DNA of 64,000 nucleotides from Camelus ferus (taxonomy: Eukaryota). The notes beneath the pieces are model-generated. The model did no database searches and had not been told where the DNA came from. It saw only the letters and a list, made by a program, of their open reading frames with translations. The position numbers and the translations under genes were made by a program. The stretch covers positions 4,590,001 through 4,654,000 of the forward strand of contig NC_045698.1 of assembly GCF_009834535.1 (NCBI RefSeq), given 5' to 3'. Shown here one piece after another: positions 29,101 to 45,738 of the stretch. Position 1 is the stretch's first letter. Every line of letters starts with the position of its first letter.

Positions 29101-31158
29101 GGAAGCCTTGGAGCCACTTTTCGTATTCTTCCATACGTGACAGTTTATTCCACTCTGCAAGTGCAGACTGGCTGTGACATTTTGGCAAATTGGAATGTCC
29201 TGTGTCCTCGATGCTTTAATGTGTTACAATTTGTGGGATGAGGATAGACTCTTAGCACACTGGCTTTGGTATTCTTCCATGGCGCTGGGCCAGTTGCTTA
29301 TTCTGGGCCCATATCCCTGTTTTTGTGTCTCTCTATGTGTACATGCCTGTTACCGGCACTGTTCTGAGTTGGAGGAGAGCGTGTGCTCTTAGTGCTTCCG
29401 GTGGACTATGTTCTCCCCCAAGCTGGGGCTGGCCCCACGCACGAGCTCTTCTCCTGAGGAGCCCAGTGCCGCCTTCCTGACAGTTCTGCGCAGTGACAGT
29501 GACTGACACAGGAGACCTGCCAGATGCCCTTGTAACTGGGGAAGGGTCCCCTGGCTCTTCCCCAGTGCGGGCGTTCACCTGCTGGCAGCATTGCCGAGTG
29601 GTGGGAATTGTAGGGGACACCTCTGTCCTGACGCGCCTGCAGAGCTGCTGGAAGAGGTGTGTCAGATGCTTAGGATGTAGTTGGTGCTCGGTGGTTGTTG
29701 AGATGATAGAAGCTTTAGCCCCTAAATTGATAGATATTTTGGAAAAATGACTGCATTTTAATGTTGCATGACTTCTTACGTTTTTAGATTTACTAAAAAC
29801 TGGACTCATGGCTGAATCAGCAGCATATTTGGGGTGAAGATTTGTTTGATTTTTTAAAAAAAACTTAAACAGGGATAAGTCAGGTTCCCACTCGGTGGTG
29901 GCGCAACTGGTACTGTGGCTGCACCTTGAACAAGGGTGTTGAGTATTTATTTCCTGCTGGAGTCCCCTGTGTGCTTTCAGTGACTTCGAGTAGCTGTTAG
30001 CGTTAGGAGTGGTCGCTGCAAATGAATTGTGGGGTTGGGGGAGGCGATCCCGCAGGTGAGAGTTGAGACTGGCCTTAAGCCAGAGTCGGTGAAGATAAGA
30101 TACTAGATGTTGGGGCCTTACCTTGTAGCTTGACACTAATGGGTCCTGTTGAGAAGCATTGCCTGCTGTCAGGTGGACTGTTTTGCTTGCTATTGAGCTG
30201 ACATGATATCATTATTGAACTAATTTTATTTTATCTTCTCTTCCTTACTGATAATCAAACTTAGATTGGAGGCAGGTGGATTTGACTTGATGTAATTCCT
30301 AGGGTTGGATTATTTGCTTCCCCATCTTTAATCCCTAAAAGTAACTGAGGATGACCTGTCTTTCCTTCCTGTAAAAGGAGTCTGTGGCCCAGATCCTTGG
30401 CTGAAACTTGACTCCTTATTGCCATGGCCAGGGGGCTGGCTTGTCATCCACGGGGCTGACAGAGGAGTGGCTTTTGAGCAGGGGTGTGAGGTGGCTTTCA
30501 GAGCTCCTTCTTCTCCCCTGAAAACACTGCTTTTCAGCTCTTTGTAGTAAAGGGGGGGGGGCCATACTTAGTCCCACCCCCGTGCGCTGGTGGTGCCCTC
30601 CCGTCGGAGTCTGGAGGGGGGCACACTTGAGTGCTGGATGGAATGTCTCTCTGATGCGTCACGAGGCGCTCGGTGCTGGATTCAAGGCCTGTCAGCGAGT
30701 GGGTTGGGCAGACCCTGGTGCTGAGACTCAGGGCTGCCAGCCGGGATCCAGGACACGTGTCTTCCTGCTTCACCTGTCTCAGACCCACCTGCACCCTTTA
30801 GCGAGAGGCGCCAAAAGGTGCCCTTGGGGCCCGAGCACAGTGGCACGGGGTGACTGGTTTTCCCGCGCTGTGGCGGCTGGAATCACCCTTCATTTTTCAT
30901 GGGCGGAGCTCTCAGTTTCTCTTCTGTAAAGTCACTGAAATGTTTCTTTTGAAATGCCAGTGGAAAGTTTTGATATTTATATCAACAAAATTCACTCGTG
31001 TTAATCTGTGATGCTAAACCATACTGTGTAATTAGTTTTCATTTCATTACATACTTTCAGAGGAAAAAAGAAACTGTATTTTAAATGGTCAGAAATATAT
31101 TTCAGTGTCATGTTGATCTAATAACAGAATGAGAAAGTGTGGTCAGGTTTAATTGTAA

Positions 31159-31443
<285 letters not shown>

Positions 31444-32123
31444 TAGAGATGCCCCACCCCGTCCCTGCTGGACCCCAGGCCCTGGGTGGGGGCGGGACCA
31501 CGACGGGGAGGCTCTGACGCCTTCAAGTGTGAGGATGTTGGCCTAAAGGAATTTTTTTCCTGGAATAATGTGATTATTTTTCTTGTTTTAAGTTTACCTT
31601 AAGATGAGAAGTTTTACCTCTTCCCTGAATCACACATGATAGCATGCGTTCAGGGCTGTAAACCTGAAAGTATTTTGTCACTTTCCAGGGGGTGAACGCG
31701 TGTTTGTTGAGAGGCTGCCCAGGGCACTTGGAGTGCGTGTGAGGGCCACAGGAGACGGTCCTCTGGCGCAGGCTGGTGATGGGCAGTGGGTGAGGCGGCA
31801 GCGCAGCTCCCCTCCTCCTTTAAAATGACACACGACAGTTTTGCTTTGCACTTCGGTGCCCTGGGACAGAGCCCTGCCCTCCACCTCCTGTGGGCTTGAA
31901 ACCGTTCTAACCATCCCCGGCTTTGAGCAGTTGTGGTGAGACCAGTAACTGTTATGTCTCTTAATTTTGAGTTTTTAAAAATTCCTTTTGGGGCAGGTCT
32001 TTAACTTAAAAGATTGAGAGGATTTTGTGTGATTGGCTTTGGGCCCCCTCCCCCGAGAATCGGGTGAGAAGTGGTGGAGGGAAGGCTGAAGACGGATCTG
32101 AAGATGCTCACTCTTTCTTTCAG

Positions 32124-32170
32124 GTGCAGATATTTGGCAGCTTTAGTACAGGCCTCTATCTTCCAACCAG
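32124..32170 (+). CDS. TENT4A: TENT4A exon 3 (GS motif)
   Basis: ctctttctttcag|GTG CAG ATA...; VQIFGSFSTGLYLPT(S); donor AG|GTGAGC. Confidence 0.96.
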
Positions 32171-32974
32171 GTGAGCACCAGATGGCCCTGCACAGGTGTG
32201 TGTGTGTGTTACTTAGCTGGGGTGGTGGGGTCTGTACATGTGTTAAAGGCTGAGAGTAGGTTACTTGTATTCAAATCTAAGGCTAAAAATGTGAGCTAGA
32301 GGAAAGCGCATGGAGCGCAGAGGGAGAATCACAGGAAATAAAAGTTTAACTTACTGTTGTGATAATTGATTGCTTTGCATTTTTCCTCTTGCACTTAATT
32401 TGACGGGGTGCAAGGATGCTGGCTACCAGGAGCGCAGAGAAGATGAGTGAGCAGGCCGTGGGAGGCAGATGCAATAGAAAACATTCTGAGGTTCTTGGAT
32501 ATATTTTTGAAAAATTGATTTTATGTTTTAATGAAGATTCAAGAAAATTCTGTTTAGTATTTTGTGAGGATTTTTACTGGATAGGAAACCATCAAACTAG
32601 TGTGCATACGAAAGCCGTTCTCCAGGGTTTCTCCATCAAGAACTCTCTAATCTCTAGTTAATTTTACATGCACTGTTTATTAAAAGCTTATTTTTCTCTA
32701 CCCCACTGTTAACACTTGGAGACTACCGAGACCATAATCTCAGGATTTGGGTTGGCATTGGCTGGGCAAGTGGCAAATTGAGCAGATTCTACATGTCTGG
32801 GATCTGGGGTCAACAAGAGTGACCAAGTGGTTACAGCACAGACATGAGGACCAGGCGACCTCAGAGGGCAGGTGCCTTCACCCCAGTCCCCCATTACTGT
32901 GTGATATGGGAGACTCAGCTGTTCCCTTTCCATCTTTGTTGCAATAGTGCAGGACCCACGTGTTCTCTTGCTGA

Positions 32975-33340
<366 letters not shown>

Positions 33341-35242
33341 TGAAGACTTCCCTACTTCTAGTGTAAGTGTGCTTGTATTTTTTATAGTAGGATCACCACC
33401 TGAGGATGTGTTAAGAGTGTGCAGTACGAGTTGTGAGAGCACTGACCTATGTGATCGGGTCACCTTCTGTGAGGGTGTGTCGGGAGGGGATGTTAATATT
33501 AGAAACGAGGCACGTTCAGACGCTGCCCTTTCAGCACGTGGCTGAATGATGTGAGCTGTGGCACTTACTATACAGATGGAGATTACCGTTTGCTACTTCA
33601 GAAAGAAAAACCTGTTCCCTTTCACTGTTAAAAAATGTACACGTGTGAAAACCGTACTTCTCTTGGGGAGAAATTGGAGGATGAAGCCGCTTTTGATGTG
33701 TGTGTCGAGTGTATCCAAGTCTGGGTGACAGACAGCTCAGACTGTGCCCCTGGCCTGCTGTGTGATGGTGATCAGACCTCAGCCGTGCCGTCTGTGGCTC
33801 TGCCGTTCGCTCCAGCGTGTTGGCCTCTCGGGGACAGTACAGTGGGTGGTGGTCTCTGACCAGGTACCCTTGTAGAGGAGCTGAGGAGGCCCAGCTGGAT
33901 CGCCCAGGGGCCCAGAGCTTTCTGGAGGCCGGACTGTGCAGAGTGGGTGTTACAGGAGCTGCGTGGTCACGTGGCTTCACTGCTGGCACACCCCTGCTGC
34001 TGCCGTAGGTCCCGTGTGGTTGGGGAGCAGTGTCCACCACTGCTCCTGCCCATGGCGCAAGCTGTCGCCGGGCAGCCCTCCGCTGGTCATGGGTCATGGG
34101 CTCTGAACCCAGCATGAGGGCTGTGTTTGAGGAGAAAGCTTGTCTATTTTGAACCACCACCAAAAAATCAGTGTTGTAGTATTACTTCTGATCTCCAGAA
34201 TGTGGGAGTTCAGCCTGTGAGTGTGTGTGTGTGTGTTTTGGGGGGAAAGCCCACCACTACAGAGAAGGCGGGGTGTCGTGGCTGGGATGGTGGCAGTGGG
34301 GTTCCTCCGTGCGGAACCGGCCACATCCTGGAGGGTGGGCGCTTGAGCTGTGTTCTGTGGGAAAGAAACTTGGTTTCTCTGCCCAAGTCTTGGTCCACGC
34401 TGGCCATAGCGCCCCCTGCCTGCTGGTCTGGGCGTGTCCTTGGCAGCACGCCCCTGGTGTAAGTTTAGAGCCCAGATGGGGTGTGCACTGAAGAGCGTGT
34501 TCCCGCGTTGACTTCACATTTTAAACCTTTCATTAGACCTGATTGTTTGGTGAAGGGAATGTCCCTTTTTATTCCTTGGAGGCAGCTTTTCTTCTGAAAG
34601 AACACATCTCTGTGTGGGGGAGTGGTCTGAATGGGCAGCTTTTATGAGGCTGGTTTTGAGTGCCTTTTGGTGATAATTCTTGTCAATGAGAGTATTTCCA
34701 AAATAGCCTTTCATTCTGATTTTCAGGGAAAATTTTTTTAAGTTAAATTGTCTTTAAGAGTGAAAACCCAAAGTAGAGTTGTTCTCAGAGAAACATCAGT
34801 ACAAAAAATTTTTAAAAATGGCTTTGAAGTTACTTTGAATGGCTTTCAGAAATCCTAGCAAAGGTGGTTGCTAGACAAGCTCTTCCCATCACTGGGCACT
34901 CGCGGTGGGACGGGGCCTTAGCCAGCTTCCTCTCGTGGCGGGCAGGCTGTGAGCCCAGGGCTTGTGCAGAGCGGGTGTTTGATGCTTGGTCCCCAGTGAG
35001 GCGCTGGTCGGGCCAGCAGGGCTGGGCAGAGGTGAGCACGAGCTGTTGTCAGGACTGGGAGGGGGCCTTGGGGACTCATGGGGTTAATGCTGGCCAAGTC
35101 CCTTGTCTCCTCATCCTTACCGTCTGGAGTTCATGATCTCTAAGCTTCTTGGGGGAATAAGGGGAAGAACCCTCTGTACAACCTGGGAACATTCTGATGC
35201 CTGACCATGGAAAATATTACCTATTAAAGCATGATTTTCTAA

Positions 35243-35383
<141 letters not shown>

Positions 35384-36374
35384 TAACACAGTAAACATAA
35401 GGGGCTTGTTATGTGGGTATCATTTTTCTTTTAGATGTTAAAAAATTTAAAGTACTGATAGTCTTTAGTGAGAGCGACTGTAACAGTTGAATTTATTATA
35501 GGATGTTAGTTCTAGTGATGCTTTGAAATTACATAGCTGTCTTGCAGATTTGCTTTCCTTGGCTAATCGTTTCATACACTTGAGCGTTATTTTAGAGAGC
35601 TTTGTTGAAATAGTCTTTTTAGTTGTTACGCAGTGGCCATCCCTGTAGCTCAGTGTGCCGATTTACAAGTTTAGTTCACTGCAAGTTGAATGCATCATAG
35701 CGGCGTTAGATTTGCTTAACTGTGGATGGTCTCGGTGTCTGAGGACAGGATAATGGACTTGTTTGTTGATGGATTTCGGACTCTGACCAGGTGCGTCCAG
35801 TTAAACAGAGAGTCCTTCCCTCCTGTTACGATGGAAGTGATGGGACAACCCTGCACCGTCACTGTATCCGGCCCCTTCCCACAGTTTCAGGGCCTTGCTC
35901 TCCAGTTTTCTCCTTTCCTCTGCACCATCAGGCTTGTCTGAAGGATCATCTCTGCCCCAGCAGAACAGGAGAAACACTTGAAGCTTCCACGCCCCACCAC
36001 CCCCTTCTCCGGCCCCTTGGCGTTTCCTTGTTCCCACCCCGCCGCCTCCACCTTGTCCTGCATTTGGTGATGCCATGTTCTGCTGCCTTCCCGTCTCACG
36101 GGCTGTCCCCCCTCCACCTGTCTGCTCCTCTCCCGGGTGCCTCTGAGCAGTAGCTGTTTGCACACTGGTTCTAGGACCTTCCCTTGCCCACTGCGCCCCC
36201 GCCCACAAAGCTTACGCGTGGCTGTAGCGAGCAGGGAGCTCCCTGAGGAGGGCCCTCGTTCAGGCCCAGCCCCTGTTGGCCTGGGGTCTCCATGTGGCTT
36301 CCCCTCCTCATCCCTGCTGAACTGTAACCTGGAGAGGGGCTCCCCAACCAGACCTTAATGAGCCCCTCAAGTAA

Positions 36375-36686
<312 letters not shown>

Positions 36687-38174
36687 TGATAATGAGACTC
36701 GTGCAGGAGTATTTCTTCCTGAGGTTCTGATCAGTCTCTTCATGAATTCAGTTCCTTGCTGTCTCTACACGGTTCTGTTTTGGTGTAGTAGAAATTGACT
36801 TTTAATTTTCATGGTAAAACTCTGTTTTGAGCAATATTTTTTTCCTTTTGCTCATTTATAGCTTTTTTTTGTATCTGATTTAACTGGTTCTATCATTTAA
36901 TAGAATATTGATCTAATCTTAAAGAAACTCTTTACGTGTAGAAAAATTTCATGTCTTGATAGACACTGAAAAACTTTTTATTGGTTCTTGACTGTGATTT
37001 ATATTGAAAAATTTGTCTCAGAAAAAAAATTGGGTGCCATATATGGTAAAAAAAAAAAAAAAAGTACTGAAGAGACCCTTTTTTCTCAGTGATTAAAAAA
37101 ACCAGTATTTTGTCTATAATTATATTGCCCTTACTTTGTTGAGTGCCACGGAAAAACTGTCAGTAGAAAACCTACCTGAGTATTAAATGCTGTATTAAGC
37201 TATACTTACACTATTTTCACTTATAAAATAATCTCTAAGTTAATTGCAACGTTAATTATCCCGTTTATATTTACCTGTATGAAGGAGTCTCTGTTCTTTA
37301 CAGAATCTGGCCTGTGTTTTAGCTGCACAGCTCTGTTCCTCAGTGTTTATCATTAGTTTTGTCTTTGTGGTTGTGCTTAGGGTTTTATGTCCAGAATTGG
37401 GTCGTTTTTCTCAGCATCACCAATACCTCTGACGGCCAGTGGAACTCTGGCCAACCCCTCCCTGCCTGATTCCCCGGCACATCCTTGCACAGCGGCTCTG
37501 AGCACGGGCAGCAGAGCTCCTCGTCTGCTTCCTCACAGCCTCAGTCCCGCTGCCTCGTCCTCTCTTCTCACCTCCAAGACGCTGCCCTCCTGGTCTTCCC
37601 CAGTGTTTGGACGTTATTTTGAACTAAACACAACCTTATGTTTTTTAAATTTATTTCCTCCCATTGTCCTGATTTGAACTATCCCAGTAGCCTTGTAATC
37701 GTGCCTCCTTTCACGTGCACTTTGCTGAGCTCTGGGCCAAGCGACCTGCGGAGGCCACACCAGGCTGGGTGGGTCACCACTGGCACCTCATGTCCCTTGG
37801 TGCCTCGTCCTCTGCCTCACAGCTGTGACCATGTGGCGTCTGCGTTCCTTTCATGGCTGATTAGGGTCAGAAGGCCCACGCTTGTGCTGGGTGGGCTCTC
37901 AGGCAGTTGATTTTGACTAGAAGGCAGGGAAGGGGTCAGGAAAAAGTAGGAATGCTACCCTGAGCCTTGGGAACGTCTTCTGAACCCTGAAAATACCTGC
38001 AGGCTTCAGAGGCCATACCTCCTCACGGAGCTCTGCGTTAGGAGTGCTTCCAGACACGGTCCTTCTGCTGGGCTTGCTGTTCGCATGGACCTGACCGCCT
38101 TGCCCAGGGCGGCGCCGTGCAGTGTACCTTCCTGTGCGGCTGCCAGGGCTCCCGGTCCACTCCGTCCAGCAGGA

Positions 38175-38316
38175 CCGCCGCAAGCCACGTGCACCTGCTG
38201 AGCGCTGGCCACGTGGCTGCCAAGGCCAGCGAAGTGAACGTTTAATGTGCTTTCATTCATTTAAGTGTAAATAGCCACACATGGCTCGTGGCCATCACAG
38301 TGGGCAGTGCAGGTCT
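38175..38316. mobile_element. MER3-like hAT MITE
   Basis: agccacgtg...ctgagcgctggccacgtggct...taaatagccacacatggctcgtggcc...gggcagtgcag. Confidence 0.6.
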
Positions 38317-38956
38317 GCGCTGCTCAAAGTCGTGGGCCTCTCGGATCCATGACACTTGGAGAGGTCAGTAGATGGGGGCTTCAGAAAAGCGCAGTGTGGA
38401 ACCGAGGTCAATGCTAATCTGCATGCAAGGCAGGGATGTAAGTTTTGCTGTAAATATTATGACACAGCGCTGATTACCTTGCATGGTTAAAATTAATCCT
38501 TTCATGTTGTGGTTTTATTCACAGTGTGATACTGGTCAGTCTCATACTGCCCCCTGTTGGTTGTATGTCAGAGTAATGGAATTAAGATCTGAATTTTTAA
38601 AATTACCTCCACCATCTAGGTGACTAAATTGGGCAGAATATCATCCACTTATTTATGGTATTTGGGAATTTATGATGAACCAGATGTCTGTGTTTGTAGA
38701 CAGTTGCTCTGTGGATTAAGAACGTCAAGGAATTGAAGTATAATTTATAAATCCAGAAAGGTTCGTTCCTTTTGAATGCTCTTGATTGACACAGGATATG
38801 TCAATCAAGAGCTCTGTTAGCGCCTGTTAGCACCTGGCTCTGTTAGCACCTCCTGGCAGCGCCAGAGCTACTGAGCACCAGAGGGCCACCCTGGCCGCCC
38901 TTGCAGAGGCCACGAGGTAGTGGGCTCCGCCGCACGCGGGCATCTGCAGGAAGTGA

Positions 38957-39361
<405 letters not shown>

Positions 39362-41010
39362 TGATGCTTCTTATTAACTTACTGTGGAAGTAAATGTAGA
39401 AAGTGAGAATTAAGAAAAAAAGAATTTTTTCTGACTAGAAAAGTATTCCATACCCATCATAAGCCATCTGCTTCCCAGCGGTTTGTCACGTGGAAAAGCC
39501 AAGCATGCCTTACTTAGTCCCTTCTGATGTGGTTTTCTCCAGTGTTTCCTCCATGGGTAGTTGACAGTTCTCACTGCCTCCTCATTATCTAGGTAGCGTC
39601 ACGTAATACAGGCAGATTTGCAGCTTGTGATTTTACCGGACAGTATCCCTGAACCCAGTGTCCTGCATGTCCGGGGCACGTTCCGTTGCAGGGGCTGCCG
39701 CCTTGAGCCCGGGGCCGTGTTCCTGGTTTTATTCCTTTCAGCATATTTACCCCCACAAGTTTGGTGACAGCCTTTTAAATCTTTGCCTGTCTGATGAGAC
39801 CACGCAGTGTACATTTTCATTCAGTTTACATTTCTTTACTGACAAGTGAGGTTGAACGCAGGGCTCCTTATCAGTCCCACAAATGGTTGCTGAGTGTCAC
39901 TGAGGTGACACTATTCGTCCTGTTGGTGGTAAAGTCAGTGACACTGTGACAGGGACAGAAAGCTGGTGGGGAATGTTGGCTGCAGGTGCACTGCTGGCTG
40001 TGTTTCCTTCTGTGTGAGTTCATGTGCTTTGTCCGTCCGTCTGTGCAGCTCTCACTGACCTCAGGAGGCCCCTGTGTGTCCGGGAAGCCTTTCTTTGTCA
40101 TCATGCTGCACTTTTGTCTTGCATCTGTATTTGTTTTTTTTCCCTATTGTTTAGCTCATACATATATATATTTTCAATATCCTCAAATTTAATGATTTTT
40201 TTGTTTTATGGCTTCTGGGGTATGAAATTTATTTCTTAAAAATATTTTGAAAGAAAACATACTGACTGTTGTCTTCTGTTTGTAAACGACATGGTCCAAG
40301 CAGTGCTTTCTCAGCAGTGCTTTCCCGGCGGCCCAGCAGGACAGCTTCTCATCGCCGACTTGTCTGTGTTGGATCAGTTAAACGGCCGTCAAGTCCTTCA
40401 GTGTTTGCTGAAACACACTTGAAAATGAAAACCCACATAGTCACTGGGTTTATAGCATTAAATCTGGAAAAGAGAGAAGTTCTTAGAATGTCTCCTTAAA
40501 AAAGCCCTCACCTACCTGAACTGTGAGGCACGAGTTATGTGTAAATTACAATTGGAAACTGCTGTTCTTAACAGAAGTCAGCTCCTGGACTGTGGCCCGC
40601 TTGGTGACTTCAGTGACAGCTTCGTTTTATTTGCTGTCCACCTGGTCCTCAGCACCCTGAAGTTCAGCCTGGCACGTTCTGTCCTAGAGGCGTTGCCCTC
40701 CCGGGTCTGCCCAGTGCTGAGCGAAGTCAGGGGCCCCAGGCTAACTGGCCCCTTAGGCAGGCTGTGACTGTCTGATTTAGATTGTACTTTGGCTTCACTG
40801 AGATTTTTGCCACCTGGAGGAGGGGTGACCTGACTGTTTCGTGAACCGTCACTTTGTCTCTGTGAATGACATCTCTGTTAGTGGAGGGGGACACTGACTG
40901 GTCTGATGACGGTGAGATAGGCTCTCAGCCCGGAAACGCCGTGGGCTGCCCACGGGCTGTGGGCAGCGTGTTTGCTGGTGCTGATCTGGCCGGCTGTGCT
41001 GCTGGGGTGA

Positions 41011-41232
<222 letters not shown>

Positions 41233-41838
41233 TAACCGCGCCCCGGCCCCGCGGCACTGGCTCCCTTACCTCTGCCCTTTGCTTCTGTGAGGCTTGGTGA
41301 GGGACGTGTTGTCATGTTTTAGTAGAACTTGAAGTTACTGGTAAAGGAAGACCTTTCTGGAGTTCAGGATGGTCATCCACGGTCAGGAGCTGAAAATTTC
41401 TTATTTGGGGAGTTGACTTTTCTTTAGGGTGTTTGCTTCGGGGAGGTTGAAGCAGGGGGGTAGTGGCGCTTCTGGTAGGCCGTGCAGGCAGTGGGTTCTG
41501 AGCCTGGCACCCGTGAGGGACACGGGGCTCCCAGGGCCTCCAGCCACGCACCGTGTTTCCAGCAGAGCTTGGGGCCCGGGGTGGGTGCTTGGTGTCTCCG
41601 CTTTTGCCCATGCAGTGAGAAGTGGGCACAGGGGACCTCTGGGATCACTGAAGACTTAAACAGTGTTCTGTAGACGTAGGTTCATGGGCTTCTGCGTCAG
41701 GGCCCAACTTTGTGCTGTGATCTCAAGGTGTATTTGCACTCAGACGTCAGCAGTCGTACGGCTTTTGTAAAGTTGTCTTAGCTTCTTCGCCATCGTTCAC
41801 TAGCACAGTGCTGTGCTGTGTGAAGTGGCCCCTGGTGA

Positions 41839-42460
<622 letters not shown>

Positions 42461-42513
42461 TGTCGGCCTCAAGGGCAGGTTTAGGGCTCGGCGGGGCCTG
42501 CAGGGGTGACTGA

Positions 42514-42741
<228 letters not shown>

Positions 42742-42956
42742 TAGCAGTGAGTTTAAGCGGCTCCCCTCCGTTCTCACTTTCCTGTGTGCCTACGGCCACC
42801 CCCAGGCTGTACCCAGCCGTCCCCACTCTGCCGTGAGCCTCCGGTGACAGTGGGCGCCAGTCTCACGGGCGTGGGCCCCTCGAGCAGCGGCGCCATGCAC
42901 GGGGGCTGCCGTGGACTTCCCTGAATCGTTTTTTTTGAAAACTTCTTTGGAGATGA

Positions 42957-43385
<429 letters not shown>

Positions 43386-45013
43386 TGATCCTTTTGAGTT
43401 AGAAAAAGAACTTCAAAACTCTTTGGAGGGTGCGTTTCTTTCTGTGGGAAGGGCTCTTGTGTGGTGGTTTATTGGAATGTGATACCTCTCGTTCTATGAA
43501 AATCCGTGTTGTGGAGGTTCATCATGTTGGTTCCTGGGCACCGAAATGGCTTTTGACAAGGTCCAAATTGTCTTTCTGGAAATTACATGTTGCCCAGCGT
43601 GAGACCTCTTTCCTGGGATTGTGTGGGAGAGAGGGGCTCCGATGCTGTCCCTGGGCAGAAACGGACACCTGTCCTTGCTTCCCGCTGAGAATCTGTTTGC
43701 ACTCTTCCTCAGTTTTGATACAAACTTTGACTTTTCCATGTTATTCGTTAGGCGGTATTTATAGGGCTCTTTCTATTAGAATATGTCCTCTTTTTAAAAA
43801 TATAGACAAAATTTGAGTCTAAAATGTAATTCTAAACATTTAAAATTTTGTATCTACGTCCCAAATGTGTATCACTTGCAAATACATAAAGCCATCGTAT
43901 TAATTTGCTTTTAAGGTGGAGCCAGTCTCTGCAGCGTGAGTTATAACGTGGGCTTAGTAATGAAAATCCGTGTGCAACATCAGCCCTCTGTCCTGGGAGG
44001 CCAGTCTCGGGACACACCCCAGGTTGTGGCGGGCCCGAGTGTAGCTGCCGGGGACACGTAGTGGCGGCTAGCACAGCCCCACCAGACACTGCATGAGCGT
44101 GGAAGGTGGAGGCGGCTGCCCGTGCTGTGAGCTGAGTTTTGCCGCAGGGAGGCCCTGGCTCTGGGCTTCCTCAGGCTCAACTTGTTGGAGCACCGCGTGC
44201 GGCTGCTCCCGCGCGGGTGTCGGGCACAGTCCGGGGCCACGTGCTGGGCTGTGGTCCCATCAGTCAGCTGCGCTAACAGCCAGTGAGGCGAAAGCTAAGA
44301 TCATCCAAGCTCTAAAACAAGGCTCAAAGCCCACTTTCTCATTCTATTTCCAAACTTCAAACATTACTTCTAGTCAAGTGAGTGTGTGAAATCCCACCCG
44401 AAAACCGTAGGGGCGCAGTGCCCCATGGGGCTCGCGAAGCAGTGAGGTCACCTGCTCAGGATGAAAGAGGGGGCTTAGAGCTGGGGGGCACGAAGCTGTC
44501 AGAGAGCCCGGGAGTGGCTGGGGGGTCCTGGGGCCCCGGGGATGTGGGGAAGGGTGAGGACAGGGTGCCAAGTGTGCCCCGAGGCCCAGCTCCTGCTGCG
44601 CCCGTGGCCCTGGGAGGCACAGCCGCTCTGCAGAGGTTTTTGGGGTAAAGGCATATGTCTGAGACGTGAGCAGTGAGGTTCTCGAAGGTCTGAGGAGAGG
44701 GCTCGCGCCCGCACCTCCGCGCGTGACGGAGCTGCGATGCAGGAGGGGAGTTGGGAGCTGGAGGCAGTCATCCTGGCCGCAGGCCTGGGCTCGGGGCTCT
44801 GGCCCTGCGTGGGCGGTGGTGGCTCTTCCTGGAGATCTGAGGCCCAGTGGTTACTCTGGCGACTGTCATTTTTTTTAATTGTTTGGTCTTCAGAGACTGT
44901 TAAGCCTTATGACCTGGGTGACTGGACACCCTTGGCACTGTCCCTGCTGTTGTGAGTATAGCATGTTTCTAAGTCAGAACACAGGTTGTGAGGTGAGAGT
45001 GGGCCCACGCTAA

Positions 45014-45460
<447 letters not shown>

Positions 45461-45642
45461 TAGTGTTGTTCAATTCATTTCTGTAAACATCTCTCTTAAT
45501 TCTTCTGTTGCACTCATTAGCATAGAAGTTAAATTGGAAGTGAAGAATATTTTCACTTCCCACTTAACTGTTAATTTACACGCTAAAAACTTTGGTTTTC
45601 AAGAAGCAACCAGTGAAACCAGAATGGTGGCCGTGTGGAGTG

Positions 45643-45738
45643 CTGTCCCCCCAGCGCCACTCCCTCCTGTCCCCCTGGCATCACTCCCTCCTGTCCCCCC
45701 GAGTCACTCCCTCTTGTCCCCACAGCGTCACTCCCTCC
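45643..45738. repeat. Minisatellite, ~22-25 bp unit x4, intron 12
   Basis: Units like ctgtcccc-ccagcgc-cactccctc repeated four times. Confidence 0.85.

Noticed and set aside
29333..30136. 267-aa minus-strand ORF in intron 1
   Set aside because: No recognisable homology, non-ATG start and no exon context.
30200..30255. Possible intronic C/D snoRNA (ATGATA...CTGA)
   Set aside because: C box is non-consensus, spacing is too short and there is no terminal stem.
45643..45738. Repeat-spacer appearance suggesting a CRISPR array
   Set aside because: Contiguous related units without unique spacers, in a mammalian intron; ordinary minisatellite.
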